Below are positions 8,545 through 17,934 of a stretch of 59,173 nt of DNA, in pieces. The notes under the pieces were generated by a model that was given only the letters and a program-made list of their open reading frames with translations, had not been told where the DNA came from and did no database searches. Within the stretch, counting starts at the first letter, position 1. Every line of letters starts with the position of its first letter. The position numbers and the translations under genes are program-made. The stretch spans positions 1 to 59,173 of the forward strand of contig JAYZQJ010000233.1 of the NCBI GenBank assembly GCA_036149055.1, in the 5' to 3' direction. This DNA is from Myxococcota bacterium. Lineage in GTDB: Bacteria; Myxococcota_A; Polyangia; Polyangiales; Sandaracinaceae.

Positions 8545-11500
8545 GTGTCGGCCCCGATCCCCTTCGGTGCGTACGACCTCCTCGAGCGCATCGCCGAGGG
8601 AGGCATGGCCGAGGTGTGGCGGGCGCGCTCTCGCGGCGTCGCCGGCTTCGAGAAGACGGTCGTCATCAAGCGGGTGCTCCCGACCCTGCTCGAGCGGCCG
8701 GGCTTCGCGGAGCTCTTGGTGCGAGAGGCCAAGATCGCCTCGCGGCTGAGCCACCCCAACGTCATCCAGATCTTCGACCTCGGCGAAGAGGAGGGCGGCT
8801 ACTTCATCGCCATGGAGTACCTGCGGGGCCGGGATCTCGCGGCCGCGCTGAGCTTCCGCGGGGCGGGCGAGCCGCCGCTGAGCCTCGGCCTGCGCCTCTG
8901 GATCGGGGCCGAGGTCGCCAAGGCCCTCGACTACGCGCACCGCGCGCAGGGTGACGACGGCAAGCCGCTGCAGATCGTGCACCGGGACGTGAGCCCGCAG
9001 AACGTCTTGCTCGGCTACGAGGGCGAGGTGAAGGTCGCCGACTTCGGCATCGCGCGGGCCGACGAGCCCGGTCTCGGGCGGGGCGAGGACCCGAAGATCC
9101 TCCGCGGCAAGTACGCCTACATGTCCCCGGAGCAGGCGCGCGGGGAGCGCCTCGACCGGCGCAGCGACATCTTCAGCTTCGGCGTGCTCCTCTACGAGCT
9201 GGCGACGCGGCGGCGCATGTTCCGCGGCCGCTCGTCGGACGAGACGCTCCGGCTGGTGCGGCGCGGCGAGCTGCCCGACTTCCGCCGCCATCTGCCCTCG
9301 CCCGAGCTGGAGCCGATCCTCGAGAAGGCGCTCCAGCCGAGCGCGGGAGATCGATACGCGTCCGCCGGCGAGATCCACCAGGCGCTGATGCGCCTCGTCT
9401 ACGGGCTCGGCGAGCCGGTCGGGGCCACCGACCTCCGGGTGGCGATGCGCCGCATGTTCCCCGAGGAGGACCGCCAGAGCCCGAACAAGCTGCGCGTCGA
9501 TCTCCTCGTGCGGGCCTACGACGACGCGACCAGCGCGAGCGGGGTCGGGACCCGGGAGGGCACCGCGCGCACCGAGGCGGCCACCGCGCGCACGGCGGCG
9601 CTCCCCGGCAGCCAGAGGCTGCACGCGGAGAAGCGGCGTCTGGCCTTCCTCGTCGCGCGGGCCCGCCCCGGCGAGGACCGGCTGTTCGACGCGGCTGTGG
9701 AGGAGACCGGCGGCACGCCCCTCGGGATGGATGGACCGATGCGCCTCGCCGCCTACGGGGCGCACGGGATGGAGCGCGCGGTCGGCCACGCCACGCGGGG
9801 GGCGCTCGAGCTGCGCCGCACGACGCGCCTCGAGGGGCTGGCCCGGGTGGAGGCGTCGCCGGCGATGGTCGTGCTCGCGGGCGAGGCGCGCGTGGTCGAG
9901 GGCGTGCCGGTGGAGCCCGACCAGCCCCTGATGGCGAGGGCGAGCGCGCTGCTCGACGCCACCGACGCCGGAGACATCCACGTCGCCGAGGAGCTGGCCG
10001 CCGAGCTCGGCCGCGACTTCCGCTTCCACGCCCACGCCGGCGCGCTGCGGGTCGAGGGGTTCCGGTCGCGGCGGGATCGAGACGCGGTGGCGCTCCGCAA
10101 GCGCGCGCCGCTGGTCGGTCGTCGCGAGGTGCTCCGCGCGCTCTCGGCCCGCCTGCTCGCCGCCGCGCAGGGGCGGGGCGAGATCCTGCACGTGGTGGGC
10201 GAGCCGGGGGTCGGCAAGTCCCGGCTGCTCGCCGAGCTGCGCGCCGCGGCCGCGCCCCGGGACTTCGTCTTCGTGCACGGGCGCGCCGACGAGGCCGACG
10301 CCGAGGGCAGCTTCGGCGCGTTCGCCGATCTGGTCCGCGATCTCTGCGGCATCGAGCCGGAGGACGCGCCCGCCCAGCGCTTCGAGAAGGTGGAGCGGCT
10401 GCGGGTGCTCGGGCTCTCACCCCGGGAGGTGCGGCTGCTCGGCGAGCTCGTCGGGCTCGCGTACCCGCTGCCCAGCGACGAGCGCCCCGGGCGGCCGCGC
10501 GGGATCGAGCTGGCCCTCGCGCTCCGAAAGGCGCTCCGCGCGCTCTCCGCCGACCGGGTGGTGGTGCTCGCGCTCGAGGACCTGCACTGGATGGACGACG
10601 CGAGCCGGCAGGTGCTCCCGCTGGCCACCGAGGGGCTGCAGGACGCGCGCGTGCTGTGCCTGGTGACCGTCCGGCCGGGGAGCGCCGGGCCGCTGCCGAG
10701 GGCGGACCGGGTGCTCGAGATCCCGCCGCTCGAGGCGGAGGCGACGGGGCGGCTGCTCGCCGTCCACCTCGGCGCGCGCGCGGTCGAGCCGGAGCTCGCT
10801 CGAGAGGTCTGGCGCGAGACGGGCGGCATCCCGGCGTGGGTCGAGGTGCTCGCCGAGCCCCTCGGCGAGGCGGTGACGATCGAGGAGGAGGTCGCGCGGC
10901 CGGCGCTCGGCGCGGGGAGCGCGCTGCCGATCCCGAGCTCGGTGCGCGCGGTGGTGGCGGCGCGGATCGAGCGGCTCCGCCCCCGCGCGCGCTCGATGCT
11001 CCGCGTCGCGGCCGCCCTGGTCGACGCGGGAGACCCCGCGGTGGACGTCAAGCTCCTGTCCGCGGTCGAGGGGCTCGTCGGCCACACCGAGCGCGCGCCC
11101 CTGCGGCGCCTGTTGATGCGGCGCCTGCTGGTCGGCGACGGCGTCACCTTCGTCCCCGAGCGGCTGGGCGCGTGGGGCGGTGACGAGGAGGACGAGCGCC
11201 TGCCCGAGCGCGTGCGCTTGCCCAGCGGCCTGCTGCGGCGCGCGGTGCTCGCCGAGCTCGACGACGGAGCGCTCGCCAGGCTCCACGGGCGGGTGGTCTC
11301 GACCCTCGAGCGGCTCGGCGCGAACGACGACCAGACCTCGGTCGAGCGGCTCGCGCGGCACGCGGTCCGCGCCGTCGATCGCCGGCGCGCGCCGGACTAC
11401 GCGATGCGGGCGGCCGAGCTCGCCCTGAAGGCGGGGGAGGGGGCGCGCGCCGCCTCTCACTTCGCGGCCGCGGCGAGCGTGATGCGCGAGGAGCGGGGCG

Positions 11501-12501
11501 ATCCCGCCGATCCGGACGCCTACGAGCTCAGCCTCCGCGCGGCCGATCTCGCGCTCGGCGCGGGGGACCTGGAGATCGCGGAGCGGGCGCTCGCCCCGCT
11601 CGGCGTCGCGTCCGATCGCGTGGAGCCGGAGCTGGTGGTGCGGCGGGCCCTCGCGGAGGCCAAGCGCGCGCTGGGCCGCTTCGCGCCGTCGGAGGCGGCG
11701 GCCGCGCTCGAGGCGGTGCGCGATCGCTTCGGCGCGGTCTCGCCCGCGCTCGGGGCCGAGGCGCGCATGTCGTGGGGCCTCGCGCTGCTGGAGGCGGGAT
11801 CGCTCGAGCCGGCCCTCGAGGTGCTGCGCGCGGCCGCCGAGGCGGGGGGCGACGCGCGGGCGGCGGCGAGCTGGGCCGAGGCCCTGGTCCGGGCCGACCG
11901 GCTCGACGACGCCGAGCGCGCCGTGCACGAGGCGCTGGCCCGGGCCGCGCGGGCGGGCGGCGAGGCGCCGAGGCAGGCAGCGCTCGCCGCGCTGGCCGCG
12001 CTCACCGAGGCGAAGGACGAGCCGGCCGCCGCGCGCTGGATCGAGGCAACCGAGGTGTCCGACGCGCCGGGGGAGGTGACCGGCCTCCGGGTCCGGGCCG
12101 CGCTCGCGGCGTTCGCCGAGGGCGACGACGCGGTCGCCACCGCGCAGATCGCGGCCGCGCGGCGGGCGGCTCGGCGCACCGGCGGGGAGGGCTGGGCGCC
12201 GCTGATCGACACGCTGGAGCAGACCCTCGCGGTGCGGGCCGATCCGGACGCCCGCTACGTCGCCAAGATCGTGGCCGCGATCGATCGGCTCGAGGCCGAC
12301 CGTCGCCCGTGGGCGGCCTCGCTCGCGGTCGAGGCGCTGTCGCACGCGCACCTCGCGCTCGGCGACCCCGGGGCCGCGTCTCGCACCCTCGATCGGGCGA
12401 GCGGGTTGGCGCGTGAGGCGGGGCACCACAGCCAGGCGCGGAGGCTCGCCGCGCGCGCTCGCGCGCACGCCGGAAGGGCGCAGGATCCGAGCGCTCCTTG
12501 A
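8545..12501 (+). CDS. Ser/Thr kinase fused to degenerate cyclase-like, STAND/AAA ATPase and helical-repeat domains
   Basis: GGMAEV, VIKR, HRDVSPQN, DFGIA, YMSPEQ; Walker A GEPGVGKS; Walker B LEDLHWMD; Ala-rich TPR-like C-terminus. Confidence 0.88.
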   Translation: MSAPIPFGAYDLLERIAEGGMAEVWRARSRGVAGFEKTVVIKRVLPTLLERPGFAELLVREAKIASRLSHPNVIQIFDLGEEEGGYFIAMEYLRGRDLAAALSFRGAGEPPLSLGLRLWIGAEVAKALDYAHRAQGDDGKPLQIVHRDVSPQNVLLGYEGEVKVADFGIARADEPGLGRGEDPKILRGKYAYMSPEQARGERLDRRSDIFSFGVLLYELATRRRMFRGRSSDETLRLVRRGELPDFRRHLPSPELEPILEKALQPSAGDRYASAGEIHQALMRLVYGLGEPVGATDLRVAMRRMFPEEDRQSPNKLRVDLLVRAYDDATSASGVGTREGTARTEAATARTAALPGSQRLHAEKRRLAFLVARARPGEDRLFDAAVEETGGTPLGMDGPMRLAAYGAHGMERAVGHATRGALELRRTTRLEGLARVEASPAMVVLAGEARVVEGVPVEPDQPLMARASALLDATDAGDIHVAEELAAELGRDFRFHAHAGALRVEGFRSRRDRDAVALRKRAPLVGRREVLRALSARLLAAAQGRGEILHVVGEPGVGKSRLLAELRAAAAPRDFVFVHGRADEADAEGSFGAFADLVRDLCGIEPEDAPAQRFEKVERLRVLGLSPREVRLLGELVGLAYPLPSDERPGRPRGIELALALRKALRALSADRVVVLALEDLHWMDDASRQVLPLATEGLQDARVLCLVTVRPGSAGPLPRADRVLEIPPLEAEATGRLLAVHLGARAVEPELAREVWRETGGIPAWVEVLAEPLGEAVTIEEEVARPALGAGSALPIPSSVRAVVAARIERLRPRARSMLRVAAALVDAGDPAVDVKLLSAVEGLVGHTERAPLRRLLMRRLLVGDGVTFVPERLGAWGGDEEDERLPERVRLPSGLLRRAVLAELDDGALARLHGRVVSTLERLGANDDQTSVERLARHAVRAVDRRRAPDYAMRAAELALKAGEGARAASHFAAAASVMREERGDPADPDAYELSLRAADLALGAGDLEIAERALAPLGVASDRVEPELVVRRALAEAKRALGRFAPSEAAAALEAVRDRFGAVSPALGAEARMSWGLALLEAGSLEPALEVLRAAAEAGGDARAAASWAEALVRADRLDDAERAVHEALARAARAGGEAPRQAALAALAALTEAKDEPAAARWIEATEVSDAPGEVTGLRVRAALAAFAEGDDAVATAQIAAARRAARRTGGEGWAPLIDTLEQTLAVRADPDARYVAKIVAAIDRLEADRRPWAASLAVEALSHAHLALGDPGAASRTLDRASGLAREAGHHSQARRLAARARAHAGRAQDPSAP

Positions 12502-12567
12502 CTCCCCCCGATCACCACCATAGGCTGCCCGCCCCCGGCTGCCCGGGGGAGAAAAGCCCGTTTCATC

Positions 12568-14820
12568 ATGACGGAAAACGCCGACACGAAGGCCCCCGAG
12601 AACGACGCCGCCGAGGCGCCGAACGAGGCGAGCCCCACCGCCGAAGCCGCTCCCACGGGAGCGCCGGCCGAGCCGCGCGCGGAGACCCCCGCCGCTTCCT
12701 CCGACGCCGCCGAGAGCGCCGCGGAGGCCGCACCCCAGCCTGCGCCGGACGCAGCGGCGAGCGCCGCGCCTCCGGGCGAGGCCGAGGGCGCCACCCAGGC
12801 CGGGCCCGCGCCCGCCGAGGGCGGCGAGGCGGCCGGCGCGACCCAGGCCGAGGGCGCCGCGTCCGACGCCGATGGCGAGGGCGGCAAGAAGAAGCGCAAG
12901 CGTCGTCGTCGCCGCAAGAAGAAGAAGGGCGGCGAGGGCGCCGAGGCGCAGGCCGAGGGCGCCGAGGGCGCGGCCAAGAAGAAGGAGCCGCAGCTCCCCT
13001 TCCAGTCGTTCTTCGAGGGCGGCGCGCGCCGTCACGCCTTCAGCGTCGGTGAGGTCGTCGCCGGCCGCATCGCCGAGGTGACCGAGGACGTCGCCGTGGT
13101 GGACCTCTTCGGCAAGGCGACCGCGTACGCCCGCCGCTGGGAGCCGCGCGACGTCCCGATCGACGACAAGCCCGAGCCGAAGGAGCAGACGCTCGCGGCG
13201 CCGGCGGAGTCGGCCGAGAAGGTCGTCACCGCGCCGGCCACCGTCGCGTCGGCCCCGGCCGAGGCGTCCGAGGCGAGCGTGGAGCAGGCGGCCGAGGCCG
13301 TCGCGACCGCCGCCGCCGAGGCTGCCGAGCCCGCTGCGGCTGTCGAGCCCGCTGCGGCTGCCGAGCCCGCCGCCGCCGCCGAGCCCGCTGCCACCGCCGA
13401 AGGCGCGGAAGCGGCCGCCACCGAAGGCGCGGACGACGGCGCGGACGACGACGCGGACGACGCGGACGACGCGCAGCCCGAGCCGGTCGAGGAGCCTCCC
13501 TACCGCAAGCAGCCGGAAGGCGCCGAGGCGCTCATGGCCGGCGGCATCTTCCGGGGCCGCGTCGGCGCGGTCGCGGAGAGCGGCCACATCGCGCTCGTGA
13601 ACGACCGGGTCGACGTCACCGCCACGCGCAAGTACCTGCGCCGGTGCAAGTCGGATCGGAGCCGCGTCGACGGCCTCATCTTCGGCTTCAACCGCGGCGG
13701 CTTCGACGTGCTGGTGTACGGCCTGCGCGCGTTCTGCCCGGTCAGCGGCGTCAGCATCGACAACATCGAGGACCCGACGACCCTCCTCGGGCAGTGGGGC
13801 GAGTTCCACGTCCAGGCGGCCAAGAGCGGCAGCCAGGGTCTCGTGGTCAGCCGCCGCAGCATCCTCGAGAAGGAGGCGCGCAAGGCGGCGAAGGCGCTGC
13901 TCAAGAGCCTCGAGAAGGGCCAGACCCTGAAGGGTCGGGTCACCCAGGTCCGCGAGTTCGGCGTCTTCGTCGACATCGGGGGCGTCGAGGGCCTCGTCCA
14001 CCAGAGCGAGCTGAGCTGGGAGCACGGCACCCGGCCGGCCGACGTCGCCAAGCCGGGCGACGAGATCGAGGTCATGGTGCTCGGCACCAAGGAGCGCGAG
14101 AGCAAGCGCGAGCGGCACGACCGCGTCTCGCTCAGCGTGAAGGCGCTCCAGCCCGATCCGTGGGACGCGCACAAGGACGCGCTCGTCGAGGGCGCGCCGG
14201 TCAAGCGCCCGGTGGTCCGCACCGCGGAGTTCGGCGCGTTCGTCCAGCTGGCCCCCGGCATCGACGGCCTCCTCCACATCAGCGAGCTCGGCGGCAAGGA
14301 CCTCCAGCACGCGAACCAGGCGGTCAAGGACGGTGACGAGCTCTACGTCGTCATCGAGCGCGTCGACCGCAAGAGCCGCCGCATCAGCCTCAGCAAGCTC
14401 ACCGACGAAGAGGTCGAGCTCTTCGAGAAGGGCGAGCTCAGCGCCGAGACGCGCGCGCCGAAGCTGAAGCAGGGCGCGAGCATCAAGGTGGTGGTCACCC
14501 AGGTCGTCTCGGCGGGCCTCCAGGTCCGGGTCGAGAACGTCATCGGCAAGAAGGGCCGCGGCTTCATCCCGAACTCGGAGATGGGGACCCCGCGCGGCAC
14601 CGACCACCGCAAGAAGTGGCCTCCCGGCACCGAGATCGACGTGAAGGTCATCGGGACCGACCGGGACGGCGGGCTCCGCTGCAGCCGCAAGCGCTACCTC
14701 CAGGACGAGGAGCGCCGGGCCGTTCGCGAGTACCGCCAGGAGGTCAGCAAGCAGGGCCTCGGCACGTTCGGCGACATCCTCAAGGCCAAGCTCGGCCTCG
14801 ATCAGGACAGCTCGCAGTGA
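12568..14820 (+). CDS. Ribosomal protein S1-like multi-S1-domain RNA-binding protein with long low-complexity regions
   Basis: S1 repeats NRGGFDV...AFCPVS, FGVFVDIGGVEGLVHQSELSW, FGAFVQLAPGIDGLLHISEL, GFIPNSEMG; C-terminal GTFGDILK. May be a paralog rather than the main rpsA. Confidence 0.88.
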   Translation: MTENADTKAPENDAAEAPNEASPTAEAAPTGAPAEPRAETPAASSDAAESAAEAAPQPAPDAAASAAPPGEAEGATQAGPAPAEGGEAAGATQAEGAASDADGEGGKKKRKRRRRRKKKKGGEGAEAQAEGAEGAAKKKEPQLPFQSFFEGGARRHAFSVGEVVAGRIAEVTEDVAVVDLFGKATAYARRWEPRDVPIDDKPEPKEQTLAAPAESAEKVVTAPATVASAPAEASEASVEQAAEAVATAAAEAAEPAAAVEPAAAAEPAAAAEPAATAEGAEAAATEGADDGADDDADDADDAQPEPVEEPPYRKQPEGAEALMAGGIFRGRVGAVAESGHIALVNDRVDVTATRKYLRRCKSDRSRVDGLIFGFNRGGFDVLVYGLRAFCPVSGVSIDNIEDPTTLLGQWGEFHVQAAKSGSQGLVVSRRSILEKEARKAAKALLKSLEKGQTLKGRVTQVREFGVFVDIGGVEGLVHQSELSWEHGTRPADVAKPGDEIEVMVLGTKERESKRERHDRVSLSVKALQPDPWDAHKDALVEGAPVKRPVVRTAEFGAFVQLAPGIDGLLHISELGGKDLQHANQAVKDGDELYVVIERVDRKSRRISLSKLTDEEVELFEKGELSAETRAPKLKQGASIKVVVTQVVSAGLQVRVENVIGKKGRGFIPNSEMGTPRGTDHRKKWPPGTEIDVKVIGTDRDGGLRCSRKRYLQDEERRAVREYRQEVSKQGLGTFGDILKAKLGLDQDSSQ
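13327..13398 (+). repeat. 4 x 18-bp tandem repeat (EPAAA[V/A]) inside the S1-like gene
   Basis: GAGCCCGCTGCGGCTGTC / GAGCCCGCTGCGGCTGCC / GAGCCCGCCGCCGCCGCC / GAGCCCGCTGCCACCGCC. Confidence 0.85.
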
Positions 14821-14885
14821 ACGCGATTTAGACCGACGGAAGTTCTTGCGCGGGGTCTCGCGACTTGCTAGAAACCGCGTCCTTC

Positions 14886-14958
14886 GGGCGATTAACTCAG
14901 AGGCTAGAGTGCCACCTTCACACGGTGGAAGTCACTGGTTCGACTCCAGTATCGCCCA
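14886..14958 (+). tRNA. tRNA-Val (anticodon CAC), CCA not encoded
   Basis: Acceptor GGGCGAT/ATCGCCC+A; anticodon stem CCACC-TTCACAC-GGTGG with CAC at 14919-14921; T-loop GGTTCGACTCC. Confidence 0.96.
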
Positions 14959-15115
14959 TACTCGCTGCGCTCGCATGGTCGGGCGCCTGACGGCGCCCGG
15001 CGCGCTTCGCGCGCGCGATACTTCGTCGGCTCCATCCAAGCTTTCCGGCTCCGCGGACTGACGTCCGCTCCGCTCGGAAAGCTTGCATGTCGTGCGACTC
15101 CCCTCGGGGCGACGA

Positions 15116-15283
15116 GGCGCTTTGCGCGCGGCCTTCGCGGCTTTCCACTCGGTCCTGGGGCTCGGCGCTTTGCGCCATCGCGCTCTCGTCCGGGGACGGG
15201 GGAGGCTCGGCGCTTTGCGCCGTCGCTCTCCGTCGGGACCTGGGGGGCGGGGTTGTTGGGGGCTCGGCGCTTTGCGCCGTCGC
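15116..15283. repeat. REP-like palindromic repeat cluster GGCTCGGCGCTTTGCGCC(A/G)TCGC
   Basis: Full copies at 15159-15181, 15204-15226 and 15261-15283, partial core near 15116. Each full copy has the hairpin GGCGC-TTT-GCGCC. Confidence 0.8.
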
Positions 15284-15347
15284 TCATCGTCGTCTGGGCG
15301 ACCACCTTCGGGGCGGGGCCGGGCGGGGCGCTGGCTCCCGTGGAGGG

Positions 15348-15692
15348 GTGACGCGTGAGGGGGAGGGGCTCTTCGGGTTCGGGTTCGTGGTGCTGGGGGC
15401 CGGGGCGGGGCCTGCTTCGTTCTACGCGCTCGCGGGGGCGCCGCGGGCGATCGAGGTGCATGGGGACCGGGTGGTCGTGCGGTACGCGATCCGGAGGGAC
15501 CGGACGATCCCGGGGGCGGAGCTGATCCTGCAGCGGCTGCCGGGGGAGCTGGTGCTGATCCACGGCAACGACACGATCCTGCTGGATGGCGAGGTGATCG
15601 CGGACCGGAGCGTGCTGGAGCGCTGGGGGGAGGCGATCGAGGGCGTCGCCCGCGAGACGATCCGCCGGACGCAGCTTGGGCCTCGACGGTAG
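15348..15692 (+). CDS. Small hypothetical protein, possibly N-terminally truncated membrane protein
   Basis: From GTG 15348: hydrophobic start, then beta-rich IEVHGDRVVVRY. Protein-like composition; start uncertain. Confidence 0.45.
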   Translation: MTREGEGLFGFGFVVLGAGAGPASFYALAGAPRAIEVHGDRVVVRYAIRRDRTIPGAELILQRLPGELVLIHGNDTILLDGEVIADRSVLERWGEAIEGVARETIRRTQLGPRR

Positions 15693-15818
15693 GGTGCGCG
15701 GCGAATGGCCCCGGCGGCGCGGCGGGGGCGCATGGGGCTTCGACATTCGTTTCGTTGGGGGAGGGCTCGGGTGTGGGAGGCTCTGGCGGCTCGCGACGCT
15801 TTTCGTCGCGGGGGCGCC

Positions 15819-15852
15819 GAAAGTTGTCCGTCTGCTGGCGGGTGACGCGTCG
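15819..15852 (+). promoter_or_regulatory. Putative ECF42-type promoter for the YCII-sigma operon
   Basis: GAAAGTTGTCCG-N17-CGTCG; a near-identical copy with the same spacing lies at 17487-17520. Confidence 0.65.
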
Positions 15853-15906
15853 GGTTGGTGAGCGGGGCGCGGATGGTCCGCCTCTCCGCCGCTCGAGGAG
15901 GTTCGA

Positions 15907-16260
15907 ATGAACGAGTACCTGATGCTGATGCGGAACGATGGGAACCCGATGGCGGGCCTTTCGCCGGAGGAGATGCAGGCGCACTTGCAGCGCTGGACCG
16001 AGTGGATGGGTGGGCTCGCGGCGGCGGGGCGGCTCGTGGGCGGGCGGCCGCTTGGGAGTGGCGCGGCTTGCGTTCGCGAGGAGCTGGTGACCGATGGGCC
16101 CTACGCCGAGGCGAAGGACGTCGTGGGCGGGTACGTGATCGTCGCGTGCGAGTCGCTCGAGCACGCGATCGAGACGGCGAGGGGGTGCCCGGTCGTCGAG
16201 CTCGGGAGCGTCGTCGAGGTGCGCGAGACCGACTCGAACGTGCTCGAGACCGACGGGTGA
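15907..16260 (+). CDS. YCII-related (DGPF-type) protein
   Basis: VTDGPYAEAKDVVGGY and VEVR motifs; SD GAGGAGG upstream. Confidence 0.9.
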   Translation: MNEYLMLMRNDGNPMAGLSPEEMQAHLQRWTEWMGGLAAAGRLVGGRPLGSGAACVREELVTDGPYAEAKDVVGGYVIVACESLEHAIETARGCPVVELGSVVEVRETDSNVLETDG

Positions 16261-17513
16261 GCGATCCCGGCGCCGTCGTCGAGCATCTCTTCCGGCACGA
16301 GGCGGGGAGGCTCACCGCGCTCCTCGTCCGCGTCCTCGGGCCCGGGCGGATCGACGAGGCGGAGGAGCTCGTGCAGGAGACGCTGGCGACGGCGCTGCAG
16401 CGCTGGCGATTCGGGGAGCTCCCCGACAACCCGGCCGCGTGGCTCACGCGCTGCGCCCGGAACCTCGCGATCGACGTCGTGCGGCGCCGGAGCACCGCCG
16501 CCCGCCTGGAGCGCGACGTGGCCGACGCGTTCCGCGCCCGCGCGGCCGTCGAGCACGTCGAGGCGTGTTTCGCCGACGAGATCGGCGACGAGGCGCTCCG
16601 GCTGATGTTCAGCTGCTGCGGTCCGCGCCTGCCCGCGCCCGCGCAGGTCGCGGTGGTGCTCAAGACGCTCTCCGGCTTCTCCGTCCCCGAGATCGCGCAC
16701 GCGCTCCTGGTCTCGCCGTCCGCGGTCGAGCGTCGGATCAGCCGGGGGAAGGCGGCGCTCCGCGAGCGCGGGCTCTACGCGATCGAGCGGGCGGCGGATC
16801 TCGAGGAGCGGCTCGGGGTCGTGCAGCGGACGATCTATCTGATCTTCAACGAGGGCTACCACGGCGCTCACCCGGACGCGGCGATCCGGCAGGAGCTGTG
16901 CGGGGAGGCGCTCCGGCTGGCCGGGCTCCTCGTGGCGCACCCGGTGACCGGGACGCCCGGGACCCACGCGCTGATGGCGTTGCTCTGCCTGCTCGCGGCG
17001 CGGCTCCCGGCGCGCGTGGACGGGGAGGGCGAGCTGCTCGCGTTGCGCGAGCAAGAGCGGGCCCGCTGGAGTCCGGAGCTGACCGAGCTCGGCTTTCGCC
17101 ATCTCGGCGCGTCGGCGTCGGGCGAAGGTCTGACGCCGTATCACCTCGAGGCGGCGATCGCGGCGACGCACGCGAGCGCCGAGCGCTTCGAGCGGACGGA
17201 CTGGAGGCGGATCGTCGGGCTCTACGACGCGCTGGTCGCGCTGGCAGACGGCCCGGTCACCCGGCTCAACCGTGCGATCGCGGTCGGTCAGGCTGACGGC
17301 CCGGTCGCCGGGCTCGAGGCGCTCGCCGAAGTCGGCGCGCTACCCGCCTATCCGTTCTTGCCCGCCGCCCGCGCCGGCTTTCTCGAGGCGCTCGGGCACG
17401 TCGAAGAGGCGCGGGAGTCCTGGGCGGAGGCGACGCGGCTCGCCCGCAGCACCGCCGAGCGACGCTTCTTCGAGCGGCGGCTGCGAGAAAGTCGTCCGGA
17501 ACGGGAGGGCTGA
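16257..17513 (+). CDS. ECF sigma factor with C-terminal extension (ECF42-like)
   Basis: GTGA overlap with YCII. AEELVQE, PDNPAAWL, LRLMFSCC, IYLIFNEGY, YHLEAAIAA, TDWRRIVGLYD, LNRAIA. Confidence 0.9.
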   Translation: MSDPGAVVEHLFRHEAGRLTALLVRVLGPGRIDEAEELVQETLATALQRWRFGELPDNPAAWLTRCARNLAIDVVRRRSTAARLERDVADAFRARAAVEHVEACFADEIGDEALRLMFSCCGPRLPAPAQVAVVLKTLSGFSVPEIAHALLVSPSAVERRISRGKAALRERGLYAIERAADLEERLGVVQRTIYLIFNEGYHGAHPDAAIRQELCGEALRLAGLLVAHPVTGTPGTHALMALLCLLAARLPARVDGEGELLALREQERARWSPELTELGFRHLGASASGEGLTPYHLEAAIAATHASAERFERTDWRRIVGLYDALVALADGPVTRLNRAIAVGQADGPVAGLEALAEVGALPAYPFLPAARAGFLEALGHVEEARESWAEATRLARSTAERRFFERRLRESRPEREG

Positions 17514-17520
17514 TTCGTCG
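17487..17520 (+). promoter_or_regulatory. Second putative ECF42-type promoter, upstream of the MAPEG gene
   Basis: GAAAGTCGTCCG-N17-CGTCG overlapping the 3' end of the sigma gene. Confidence 0.65.
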
Positions 17521-17550
17521 AGAGGTCGAACCCCAACGAAAGGACCTTCG

Positions 17551-17931
17551 ATGAACTCCCTGACCGTGACCTCGACCCTCTCCGCCTTCCTCGGTCTGCT
17601 CGTCGTCGCGCTCGCAGGCGCCACGGTCGCCGCGCGGGTGCGGAGCAACACGATGCTGGGTGACGGCGGCGACGCGTCGCTCGCGCGCGCCATTCGCGCT
17701 CACGGCAATTTGATCGAGTACGCGCCCATCTTCCTCATCCTTCTCGCCTTGCTCGAGCTGCGCGGGGCGCCGGGCTGGGGTCTCGTCTCGATCGCGGCGA
17801 CCTTCGCGGTCTCGCGCGCCCTCTACGTCGCGTACGCGTATGGCGGGCAGGCGCTGATGCTGCGCATCGCCGGCTTCTGGACGACCGCGCTCCCGATCGC
17901 GGTGGCCTCCGTGTGGCTCGTCCTCGGCTGA
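17551..17931 (+). CDS. MAPEG family membrane protein
   Basis: LGDGG...RAIRAHGNLIEYAPIFLILL motif, multiple TMs; AAGGA SD before ATG 17551. Confidence 0.88.
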   Translation: MNSLTVTSTLSAFLGLLVVALAGATVAARVRSNTMLGDGGDASLARAIRAHGNLIEYAPIFLILLALLELRGAPGWGLVSIAATFAVSRALYVAYAYGGQALMLRIAGFWTTALPIAVASVWLVLG

Positions 17932-17934
17932 AGC

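Noticed and set aside
15159..15283. Possible mini CRISPR array
   Set aside because: Only three 23-nt units, spacers uneven (22 and 34 nt) and low-complexity, no cas genes or leader; REP-like is the better reading.
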